Origin: Candidatus Poribacteria bacterium
GTDB lineage: Bacteria; Poribacteria; WGA-4E; PCPOR2b
Reading direction: 5' to 3'
NCBI GenBank assembly: GCA_965215015.1
Contig: OZ244042.1
Coordinates: 1,984,001-2,048,000 of the forward strand
Length of the DNA: 64,000 nucleotides
Made by a program: the position numbers and the translations under genes. Under the pieces are notes generated by a model, which saw only the letters and a program-made list of their open reading frames with translations, made no database searches and was not told the origin of the DNA. Positions 1 through 8,265 of this stretch are shown here, in pieces; the stretch's first letter is position 1; each line of letters starts with the position of its first letter.

Positions 1-61
1 AGATGCCGGGGACCGCATTGCAGCAACGGCGATTCGACTACTTCACGATGCACATGGATAA
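1..61 (+). CDS. 3' end of a gene entering from the left edge (partial)
   Basis: Frame from nt 2 reads DAGDRIAATAIRLLHDAHG-stop (TAA 59-61), followed by an intergenic repeat. Confidence 0.55.
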   Translation, partial: DAGDRIAATAIRLLHDAHG

Positions 62-62
62 A

Positions 63-265
63 TGGGGGGCTCATAATTATGGTCTGAATCAGAATTTTCA
101 GAATTTAAGGATTCACAGGATTATATGACTCACGTTCACATCTAAACGGCGAGATAGGTCTGAGGAAGGGGCCTCCTTATTGTCTGAATTACGGATTAAA
201 CGGAAAACACGGATTGGGGACCCTCCGGTGGCACGATTTCACGAATTGGATTTATGAGCCCCCTC
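63..265. mobile_element. MITE family A copy
   Basis: Terminal inverted repeats GGGGGCTCATAA ... TTATGAGCCCCCTC; same ends at 5799-6023, 25145-25394, 60071-60221. Confidence 0.7.
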
Positions 266-317
266 ACGTATTTACCGGATCTTTCACATAATGTATGCTA
301 ATTAGGCCCCATTCACC

Positions 318-683
318 TTAGGACTGCTGATTTAATAACTTACTTCCTAACTGTTTAGCCACCTGAATCAGGACGCGAAGATCGTCAGGCGTACATATGG
401 GCAGCTCTGCGAATAGGGCTTCATAGAGATGTACACGCTCTTTATCCTCGGTTTCGGCAGAAACTTCAACAAAGTCAAATAACGCCTTGGGTGCTACATT
501 TAATCCGTATGCAATGCGTTCCACCATTTTGAGGGATGGCACCTGTTGGCCGCGTTCGACATTTCCCATAAAGTTAAGGCTCACCTCCGCGATTTCCGCC
601 AGCTGCGTTTGTGTCAAGCCGGCGGCTTTTCGCAACCGCCGCATTTTGATGCCCAGTTTGGTTGCCAGACTTTGTGTTTGCAT
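318..683 (-). CDS. XRE/Cro-C1 family HTH transcriptional regulator
   Basis: LRKAAGLTQTQLAEIAEVSLNFMGNVERGQQVPSL is a canonical HTH_3 motif; divergent from 951-1472. Confidence 0.9.
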   Translation of the reverse strand: MQTQSLATKLGIKMRRLRKAAGLTQTQLAEIAEVSLNFMGNVERGQQVPSLKMVERIAYGLNVAPKALFDFVEVSAETEDKERVHLYEALFAELPICTPDDLRVLIQVAKQLGSKLLNQQS

Positions 684-799
684 CCTTGCGTTTCTCCTTA
701 AGATAGAGTGGGCATACTATAACATATAGAATGGAAACCTTATAGGCATTATTAATCTATAAAAAAATATATATAAAGTGTAATAATGTGTTTTTTTTC

Positions 800-873
800 T
801 TGACAAGGCTATTTCGCTTGATGTATCTTCATACTATAATACATCCAAGTTGTAAAATCGTTATAGCTTGGAT
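800..873 (+). promoter_or_regulatory. Putative sigma70 promoter and 5'-UTR hairpin for the secreted-protein operon
   Basis: TTGACA 800-805, TATCTT 824-829 (TATAAT also at 835-840); imperfect inverted repeat ATCCAAGTTGTAA...TTATAGCTTGGAT 843-873. Confidence 0.5.
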
Positions 874-950
874 ACTAACGAACGCAAACTTTTTCTTATG
901 AAAGTTTGCGCCAATCACCTGGCTCTATGAGCCAATGCAATGGAGATACA

Positions 951-1472
951 ATGTATCGGAAAGTTTTGTTTGCAACTTTGGCGGTAGTGTTTATTGTAAC
1001 TTTGTGCCTTTTTGTGTATAACCAGAGCTATGCTGGAATAACGACCTGTTCTGCGAGCGCGTCTGCGGGAACGTGGAGATCAACTGCCTCTGTGTCCCCT
1101 GGGCTTATTAACGACGCTAGAACTTATAGTGTAGGAACATTCCGCAGTGGCCCAGCAACCGTGAAAGCCCATGTCAATGGGGACACCGATAAAAAAACGA
1201 AAAGTATTACTGTGGAAGTGGTCGAAGAAATACGAGAAACGTTTTTTGGGTTTGGTGTGAGTATTAGCCCACCGGGTAGTGTTGTTTCCATCACCATTGT
1301 TTCAGGCGGTTATAAGGTGAGTTATAAGACAAAGTCCGTGAAAACAGAGAGTGCTAGCGAAAGCAATTGGGGTATGCCAACATCTCACAAATGGGGATCT
1401 GCAAAGGGGACCATTGATGGTGCCAGTGACTCCGCTTGGGCTGAATATCATTACAGCGGCTATTACAATTAG
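951..1472 (+). CDS. Small secreted Ser/Gly/Thr-rich protein, unknown function
   Basis: GGAG RBS before ATG 951; signal peptide MYRKVLFATLAVVFIVTLCLFVYNQSYA; beta-rich mature part ending SAWAEYHYSGYYN. Confidence 0.8.
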   Translation: MYRKVLFATLAVVFIVTLCLFVYNQSYAGITTCSASASAGTWRSTASVSPGLINDARTYSVGTFRSGPATVKAHVNGDTDKKTKSITVEVVEEIRETFFGFGVSISPPGSVVSITIVSGGYKVSYKTKSVKTESASESNWGMPTSHKWGSAKGTIDGASDSAWAEYHYSGYYN

Positions 1473-1486
1473 TCGTTTCCCATCAG

Positions 1487-1519
1487 AAACCGGTGGCACC
1501 TGAAGTGCCCCCGGTTTTT
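1487..1519 (+). terminator. Terminator-like hairpin between secreted gene and partner gene
   Basis: AAACCGGTGGCAC-CTGAA-GTGCCCCCGGTTT continuing into a T run; homologous hairpin at 3168-3198. Confidence 0.6.
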
Positions 1520-1540
1520 ATCCAATACAGGAGGCTGAAG

Positions 1541-2998
1541 ATGAAATATAAAAAGGCCTTGCTAGGACTTTTCCTTTTAATTATTTTCGTTTTTATTACC
1601 TTTTTCGGCTTACGAGGCAATAGGCAAGCACTGCATCAAAACGAAGGTGCAGATTGGTCCAACTCAGGTCTTGTTTCAAGCCGGACGCCTACGGGATCCC
1701 CGAAGTTCACCTCCCGCCGCGTAGCTAATGGGAATCAACAATCGGCAGATCCGTGGACAGCTTATGTGGAGGAAAAGACAGAACGGCTTTACCAGGATGG
1801 ATTGAAAAACTCTGAGGTAGAGCCGCCGGCTGATTTTCGTGATACGATTCGAGAGGCGATTGAAGCCGAAGCCGCTGCGTTAAAAAAACAATACACGCTG
1901 CCGCCTTTAAGAATAGGAGTCGAGATACCTGAAAAGTATACCGGACCCCAGACAGTTGAAGCCCTGATGGAGACGTTTGAAGCGTATGACCGTCAGGGAG
2001 CTCAGGGAGATGATCTTGAGTCGGATGAGAAGTACCCCCGCGCGGAGTGGCTTGCGATGTTCCTTGAGAAGGAGGTGGTGATAAGAAATTACACCGATTA
2101 TTCGCATTGTCTAGGGATTCGAGGGAATCTGATCAGCTTTGAGCGAGAGGGACATTGGGTAGAAGGGACTCAAGGGGTGCCACCGACGGACGATTGGGAG
2201 ACATTCAAGGCAGCTTATATTGATAGGCAGGCTTGGGAACACCAGCAAATGAGTATGGCCCGGCAAAATGACCCGAACGTGTTCGGTGGACTGTTTACCG
2301 GTCCTGATAACCGCACCTATCTCCCGGGACGTGCAAATCGCGTCTACGTCGAAAGAAGAGAGCGCGGAGCATTTTTTCATGGTGCACCCCTTACCGAAAA
2401 ACAGCAGTGGGACATTATGTTGCAAGGGAAGCACCCGGAAGGCTATGAAATCATCTATATCGATGAAAATGGGACGATTCTCTCCGAACCCCCGCCGCCC
2501 ATCCCACCTCCAACAGGGGAAGAAAGACGCCAATTGGAAACGTGGCTGAGAAGAGGGAAAAGCCAACCGCCAGAGACCTCCGCCGATGCGTCAAGTCAAA
2601 CTTCCGAGGATTGGGATATACGCGGGCAGGACAGTCCTTTGGAGGCCGAAACGGTGAGGGCAGCAGCCCAAGCCACTCAGAAACGGTTTGAGCAGGCACA
2701 AACTGAGGCTTTGGAACGCGCCACCAAAAGTGATGTCGAAATAGACGCCGAGCTCGAAAAACTATTGACACCCGAACCGACCACGCCGTTTGACCCAGAA
2801 GCGTGGGAGGGGTTGTCCCCCGAGCAACGAAAGAGAGCCAAACTGTTCTTTGACCAGTATGGCGCAGAGGAGGGGCTTCGTCGGCTGCGGGTGTCTCACC
2901 CTGAAGCCGCCGAGCAATTTGAGCGGGAGCGAAACAATCCACCCGGTCGTGATGCGCCGCCGGTCAAAGACGAGAAGGCTACGCCCTCAACACAGTAG
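1541..2998 (+). CDS. Membrane-anchored uncharacterised protein (partner A)
   Basis: AGGAGG RBS, ATG 1541, N-terminal TM (MKYKKALLGLFLLIIFVFITFFGL); paralogue of 3223-4704. Confidence 0.85.
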   Translation: MKYKKALLGLFLLIIFVFITFFGLRGNRQALHQNEGADWSNSGLVSSRTPTGSPKFTSRRVANGNQQSADPWTAYVEEKTERLYQDGLKNSEVEPPADFRDTIREAIEAEAAALKKQYTLPPLRIGVEIPEKYTGPQTVEALMETFEAYDRQGAQGDDLESDEKYPRAEWLAMFLEKEVVIRNYTDYSHCLGIRGNLISFEREGHWVEGTQGVPPTDDWETFKAAYIDRQAWEHQQMSMARQNDPNVFGGLFTGPDNRTYLPGRANRVYVERRERGAFFHGAPLTEKQQWDIMLQGKHPEGYEIIYIDENGTILSEPPPPIPPPTGEERRQLETWLRRGKSQPPETSADASSQTSEDWDIRGQDSPLEAETVRAAAQATQKRFEQAQTEALERATKSDVEIDAELEKLLTPEPTTPFDPEAWEGLSPEQRKRAKLFFDQYGAEEGLRRLRVSHPEAAEQFERERNNPPGRDAPPVKDEKATPSTQ

Positions 2999-3016
2999 GC
3001 AAGCACGAGTTGGTGG

Positions 3017-3057
3017 AAGCGGTATCCATCCATTTTCCGGGGGATACCGCTTTTTTT
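3017..3057 (+). terminator. Rho-independent terminator
   Basis: AAGCGGTATCC...GGATACCGCTT followed by T tract; duplicated at ~4723-4762. Confidence 0.75.
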
Positions 3058-3222
3058 CTAAGTCGCATTATTGCTCCCTCCCATTCCGAGTCATTCAATG
3101 AGGGAGCGTACAAGCATGGAGGCGAAGTGGTAAGGGGTTTAACCTCAGATAATCGTTCCTAAATTGGAAATCGGGGCACCTTTAAGGTGCCCCGATTCTA
3201 ACTCTCATATAGGGGATAAAAG

Positions 3223-4704
3223 ATGAAATATAAAAAAACAGTGCTCGCACTTTCCGTTTTGACAACTATCGGTATCATCGCCTTTTTTGTCTTCCGAGTG
3301 AACCGACCCACCTTCCGCTTGCCCGCGTCAGTGGTTGGAGGCTTTATGGCTGGAGATAGACTCGGCACCGGTCATCAAAAAGAATCTGATGATCCGTGGC
3401 AAGCCTGGGTGGAAAAGCAAACGACCGAAGTCATTAAAAATATGGTAGCAGTGGACAAGAAACAGGCTCGTTCTACATTGGACGCAAGCCAAATCGCTGA
3501 ATGGCGCACCGATATTCATGCCTACATGACCAAGCACGCGGATATGATGAAAGAGAAATATCCTTCTCCTGCTGCGATGGAGGCAAATGGTGATGGGTTA
3601 CCCACTGAGGTTGAGCTTACGGTTAGGAAAGTGCCCCTTGAAAGATATACCGGTCCTCAGACGGTTGAAGCCCTGATGGCAGCATTTGATGAGAACGACG
3701 ACCGTCGCAAGGTGGATGATCGCAAGGTGGATGAGAAGTATCCTCGCGCCGAATGGCTTGCGATGCTCCTTGATAAAGGCGTCGTGTTCAGGGATTACAG
3801 CGATTACTCTCTTTTTATGAACGAGCGATGGAATTTGGTAGGTTTTGAGGAGAATGGGCGTTGGGTATCGGGAGCACTAGGGATGCCACCGACGGACGAT
3901 TGGGAGACATTCAAGGAAGGTTATATTAATAAGAGGATTTGGCAAGAGCAGCAAATCGCTGCCGAGCGGCAAAGTGATCCGAGCGTGTTCGGTGGACTGT
4001 TTACCGGTCCTGACAATCAAACCTACCTCCCGGGACGCGCGAATCGTGTCTACGTCGAAAGAAAAGGGCGCGGGGCATTTTTTCATGGTGCACCCCTTAC
4101 CGAAAAACAGCAGTGGGACATTATGTTGCAAGGGAAGCACCCGGAAGGCTATGAAATCATCTATATCGATGAAAACGGGACGATTCTCTCCGAACCCCCA
4201 CCGCCCATTCCACCCCCGACAGGAGAAGAACGTCGTCAAATGGAGGCATGGTTAAAAAGAGGGAAAAGCCAACCGCCAGAGACCTCCGCCGATGCAGCCA
4301 GCCAAACTTCCGAGGATTGGGATATACGCGGGCAGGACAGTCCTTTGGAGGACGAAACGGTGAGTGCAGCAGCCCAAGCCACTCAGAAACGGTTTGAGCA
4401 GGCGCAAACGGAGGCTTTGGAACGCGCCACCAAAAGCGATGCCGAAATAGACGCAGAGCTCGAGAAACTATTGACACCCGAACCGACCACACCGTTTGAC
4501 CCAGAAGCGTGGGAGGGGTTGTCACCGGACCGACGAAAGAGAGCCAAACAGTTCTTTGACCAGTATGGCACAGAGGAGGGGCTTCGCCGGCTGCGGGCAT
4601 CTGACCCTGAAGCCGCCGAGCAATTTGAGCGGGAGCGAAACAATCCACCCGGTCGTGATGCGCCTCCGGTCAAAGACGAGAAGGCTACGCCCTCAACACA
4701 GTAG
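3223..4704 (+). CDS. Membrane-anchored uncharacterised protein (partner B)
   Basis: 493-aa ORF, MKYKK plus TM; C-terminal ~235 aa nearly identical to partner A, N-terminal ~140 aa divergent. Confidence 0.85.
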   Translation: MKYKKTVLALSVLTTIGIIAFFVFRVNRPTFRLPASVVGGFMAGDRLGTGHQKESDDPWQAWVEKQTTEVIKNMVAVDKKQARSTLDASQIAEWRTDIHAYMTKHADMMKEKYPSPAAMEANGDGLPTEVELTVRKVPLERYTGPQTVEALMAAFDENDDRRKVDDRKVDEKYPRAEWLAMLLDKGVVFRDYSDYSLFMNERWNLVGFEENGRWVSGALGMPPTDDWETFKEGYINKRIWQEQQIAAERQSDPSVFGGLFTGPDNQTYLPGRANRVYVERKGRGAFFHGAPLTEKQQWDIMLQGKHPEGYEIIYIDENGTILSEPPPPIPPPTGEERRQMEAWLKRGKSQPPETSADAASQTSEDWDIRGQDSPLEDETVSAAAQATQKRFEQAQTEALERATKSDAEIDAELEKLLTPEPTTPFDPEAWEGLSPDRRKRAKQFFDQYGTEEGLRRLRASDPEAAEQFERERNNPPGRDAPPVKDEKATPSTQ

Positions 4705-4878
4705 GCAAACACGAGTTGGTGGAAGCGGTATCCGTCCATCTTCCGGGGGATACCGCCTTTTTTCTAAGTCGCATTATCGCTCCCTCCCATTCCGAGTCAT
4801 TCAATGAGGGGGCGTACAAGCATGGAGGCAAAATAGTAAGGGGTTTAGATGCTACCAAGCAATCTAAGAGATTCATGT

Positions 4879-5118
4879 TCATACCTCCACCGCGGTCTTA
4901 TCCATCCACGGGTTGCTACTTTGATCGTCATCGTCGAGGGTGAACGGCGGGGCGTTTCTTTCCATCTCAAAATACTCTTGTGCTTTCGCTTCGTCCTTCT
5001 CGACACCGAATCCCTCAGTATACATGAATCCCAAAATCCCCATGGCATCGGGATTGCCTAACTCCGCTTCTTTGATCAGAGCGGGCAGCCAGTTGCTGAG
5101 TGTGTCCTTCATGTTCAT
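4879..5118 (-). CDS. Small single Sel1-like repeat protein (possibly a remnant)
   Basis: AELGNPDAMGILGFMYTEGFGVEKDEAKAQEYFE matches the Sel1 consensus; GAGGAGG RBS upstream. Confidence 0.7.
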   Translation of the reverse strand: MNMKDTLSNWLPALIKEAELGNPDAMGILGFMYTEGFGVEKDEAKAQEYFEMERNAPPFTLDDDDQSSNPWMDKTAVEV

Positions 5119-5416
5119 CGTGCTTTCCTCCTCAGAATTTCATCAAGTTGTTGTTTGATGTGTTCCTTCTCGCTTTCATGCCTTGCTTGCATCGCTGATG
5201 CAATTTCATCGCGCTACTACCAACCGCCTCTGCGATTTGATTTGAAGCCAACATCAACAATCGCTGGCTCTTTATAATCGCTCATGATGTGCTAAGTGGT
5301 CGATGTGGTTCTGGTTAAGTTGTCGGATTGCTCGCTTCTATGTCCGATAGACGCTGATTCATCTCAGTAAAACGCTGAGGGGCTATTTCGGATCTACCTT
5401 ATCCTCGCTTTTTTGC

Positions 5417-5570
5417 TTACGTATGGCGGTTGATCAACTTGGGTAAATCAAACTCAATACACTCTCTGACAACTTCCGAAAAACTCAACCCGAAACGCGC
5501 CCTGTCATAGGTTTCGGGATCAAACGCAATGCTCAATAGATGTGTATATCAGATGTGTATATCTTTTTAT
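5417..5570 (-). pseudogene. Ribbon-helix-helix (CopG/Arc-like) pseudogene
   Basis: After AGGAGG RBS and removal of a 13-bp tandem duplication (5538-5563) it reads KRYTHLLSIAFDPETYDRARFGLSFSEVVRECIEFDLPKL; start codon is ATA. Confidence 0.5.
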
Positions 5571-5798
5571 TTTTATCCTCCTTTTATATCATTCATGGTT
5601 GATTTATCAACCGGGTCTTATTTTTTATAGAGTTGTAAACCATTTTGCACAGTCTACATTACCTATACTCTTGCGCTTCTTCGATATAGGAATCGTGCAG
5701 GTTGGCAAATCTGCCTTCTTCAGCAATAGAACCGCCTCTCCGATCCACTTGTGTGTACTCATAAAACTGCGTTTGACTCCCTGACAGCATAACGATGT

Positions 5799-6023
5799 GA
5801 GGAGTGCTCATAATTATTGTCTGAATCGTGGATTCAGCAGAGGATACAGATAAGGGTCTCAGACGGGAGATGAGGCAAGATACTCCACCGACGGGGTTGG
5901 GGATATTTTGTTGTTCCCCATTATGGCTGGGAGTTTAATCGCAGTTGCGTGTTAGCCAAGCACCACAACGGTTGTGGGGTTTACGGCCCGCGGAGAGCAC
6001 CTACTAGTTGATAAGCCCCCCTC
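5799..6023. mobile_element. MITE family A copy
   Basis: GAGGAGTGCTCATAA ... TTGATAAGCCCCCCTC; interior homologous to 25145-25394. Confidence 0.75.
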
Positions 6024-6149
6024 ATTTAAATGGGGGAGAGAAGCTCTTCAAGAAAAATCCTTATGCCGCAGGATACTTTTGCCTTTGTCCAAAATCTCAG
6101 GCGTTTACAATCTGGAACGCCCAAGGCTGAGCCCCGAATCTGCGTTGTG

Positions 6150-7187
6150 CTAATTGCCTTGGCTGGCGAGACTCTCCTCATAGGGAGGGTGAGCAATACC
6201 CTTTTCTGTGATAATTGCTGTGATGAGGGGGGCGGGAGTGACATCAAAAGCGGGACTGTAGACTTTGACCCCTTCGGGAGCCGTTCTGTTGCCGAAGCCT
6301 TCCGTCACTTCTTCGGCGGCGCGCTGCTCAATCGGAATCAAATCGCCCGTTTTAAGGGAGAAGTCAAGCGTTGAAGTCGGTGCGGCAACATAGAAAGGGA
6401 TGTCGTGTGCCTTTGCCAATATCGCAACGTTATAGGTTCCAATCTTGTTGGCGGTGTCGCCGTTTGCGGCAATCCGATCTGCCCCAACAATAACACACTG
6501 GATCTTCCCTTCTTTCATGACCTGTGCTGCCATATTGTCACAAATCAAGGTCACATCAATCCCTGCTTGCATGAGCTCCCACGCTGTCAACCGGGCACCT
6601 TGCAACAACGGGCGCGTCTCATCGGCATAAACGCTGATGTGCTTTCCTGACTCATGTGCAGAGAACATAACCGCTAGTGCCGTACCGTAATCAGAAGTGG
6701 CGAGCCCTCCTGCATTGCAATGTGTCAAAATGGTATCACCATTGCGGATGAGGTCTAATCCATGTTGACCGATAGCGCGACACCTCGCCCGGTCCTCTTC
6801 AATAATACGCTGTGCTTCATTAAGAAGAACACCCTTGAGTTGTGAAATCTCAAGCTCTTTGTGCTTTTCCGCTGTTTGCTCGATCCGCGCCAAAGCCCAA
6901 AAGAGATTCACCGCCGTTGGACGGGAAGTCGCAAGATAATCTGTTACTTTTTTGAGTTCAACCGCGAAATCAGGGTAATTTGTCGCCCTTGATTGCCAAA
7001 TCCCAAGCACCGCTCCCAACGCACCCGCAATCCCGATTGCAGGTGCCCCGCGAACCCGAAGTGATTTAATCGCCTCCCAAACGCTTTCTACATCATCACA
7101 ATAAATCTGCTTAAATTCATTTGGCAGCAAGGTTTGATCGATTAAATGGATTCTACCATCAACCCATTCAATTGTCGGGATCGGCAT
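6150..7187 (-). CDS. mtnA: S-methyl-5-thioribose-1-phosphate isomerase
   Basis: VRGAPAIG, SRPTAVNL, THCNAGGLAT, DETRPLLQGARLT, GADRIAANGDTANKIGTY motifs. Confidence 0.97.
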   Translation of the reverse strand: MPIPTIEWVDGRIHLIDQTLLPNEFKQIYCDDVESVWEAIKSLRVRGAPAIGIAGALGAVLGIWQSRATNYPDFAVELKKVTDYLATSRPTAVNLFWALARIEQTAEKHKELEISQLKGVLLNEAQRIIEEDRARCRAIGQHGLDLIRNGDTILTHCNAGGLATSDYGTALAVMFSAHESGKHISVYADETRPLLQGARLTAWELMQAGIDVTLICDNMAAQVMKEGKIQCVIVGADRIAANGDTANKIGTYNVAILAKAHDIPFYVAAPTSTLDFSLKTGDLIPIEQRAAEEVTEGFGNRTAPEGVKVYSPAFDVTPAPLITAIITEKGIAHPPYEESLASQGN

Positions 7188-7252
7188 CTTCCTCCTCCCC
7201 TTGGTAATCATGGGCAGCCTGTTCAGTGCCCTCCGCTACTACGCTAGTTTCT

Positions 7253-7816
7253 TCACGGGGTGTCATTGAAACCTGCAGCAGGCCCGTTATCTTTGAGATT
7301 GGCGTCTGTTCGAGTTTCGGTGGCACGGGGTTTAGGGGTCGTAATATATGCTTCGTGTGCATCTTTAATCATCTCGATCGTCTCGGCGTAATTTAGCCAA
7401 CCGGATAATTCAAAGTAGGGTTCAAAAAACTGCACGATTCTTTTAAGCAACTTAACGTCCAAATCAGAAATATCCTTAACCGAAGTGTAACGCTCATCAC
7501 CCAACATCACACAGATGACATGATGATCTCGGTCCTTACGTTTTAACAGGCCGATCGGGCGCGCCTCACAGATGTAGCCGGGGTGACTCGCGTTACGAGC
7601 AATCACCATTGCGTTCAGGAAATGTCCATCTTCAGCGACTGTTTCCGGGATCCAACCGTATTCCGTTGGCACTGGCATACTAAATTCATACGCCAACCGA
7701 AATTTGCGGCTCTTCGCATGGTAGCGATATTTTTTCCGACTCCCTTTTGGTGCCTCGATAACAACATTGATGATTGAGGGTGCATGGCGTCCAAGTGAAA
7801 TATCTCGCAAGTTCAT
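7253..7816 (-). CDS. Family I inorganic pyrophosphatase-like protein with degenerate active site
   Basis: VVIEAPKGS..KY, YGWIPET, RPIGLL, VKDISDL, QFFEPY align with PPase, but DGDPxD reads DGHFLN. Confidence 0.85.
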   Translation of the reverse strand: MNLRDISLGRHAPSIINVVIEAPKGSRKKYRYHAKSRKFRLAYEFSMPVPTEYGWIPETVAEDGHFLNAMVIARNASHPGYICEARPIGLLKRKDRDHHVICVMLGDERYTSVKDISDLDVKLLKRIVQFFEPYFELSGWLNYAETIEMIKDAHEAYITTPKPRATETRTDANLKDNGPAAGFNDTP

Positions 7817-8075
7817 TGTTCTTCCCTGCCTTTGAGCGTGTCCCATGAAAGTGGGGAAAGGTTACGGTAGCCGGCAACCTTAACAGACCGAAAATTCAAA
7901 GGAGGCAGTGCAGCACCTCCATAACCCATGAGGAAGGGAATGAATCATTCCATACCTCAACTCTTATCGAACAGGATAAAACCCAATGCAATTCATAAAT
8001 TCAATCCTAAGAATCCAATAAAATTCGCTCAAAAAGATTCAAGCGGTTACGTTTTGACTGACTAATAGTTTGCAC

Positions 8076-8104
8076 ATTATAGCACACCTCACTTAACCTT
8101 GCAA
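8076..8104 (-). promoter_or_regulatory. Sigma70 promoter for the ppa-like/mtnA genes
   Basis: Minus strand TTGCAA-17 nt-TATAAT with extended -10 TG. Confidence 0.7.
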
Positions 8105-8265
8105 TCGAAAAACAGGGCAGGTACAATTTCTCAGCGACCAATAGCCAAAGATCCAAATCCAAAGGTTTGTTTTCAGACCTATATTGGGGTATAATATCCT
8201 ATCAGTTTGACAGTTACCTGTGCCTTTATAACCCTTGATGCTAATTGTGAAAGGATTCAAATCAG

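Larger units (their letters stand above)
2281..4847 (+). repeat. Near-identical direct repeat ~2281-3141 vs ~3987-4847 (offset 1706 nt)
   Basis: 3' halves of both partner genes, the terminators and ~90 nt beyond align almost base for base. Confidence 0.95.

Noticed and set aside
2111-4807. Duplicated alternative-frame ORFs (e.g. 2451-2942, 4157-4648, 2790-3101, 4496-4807)
   Set aside because: Shadows of the duplicated partner genes; their similarity follows from DNA identity.
2281-4847. Diversity-generating retroelement TR/VR pair
   Set aside because: No reverse transcriptase; differences are not adenine-specific and the repeat spans ~860 nt.
7860-7980. SAM-I riboswitch upstream of mtnA (CCGGCAACC and CTCTTATC words)
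   Set aside because: The words are on the non-coding strand and in the wrong order; no P2 kink-turn consensus.
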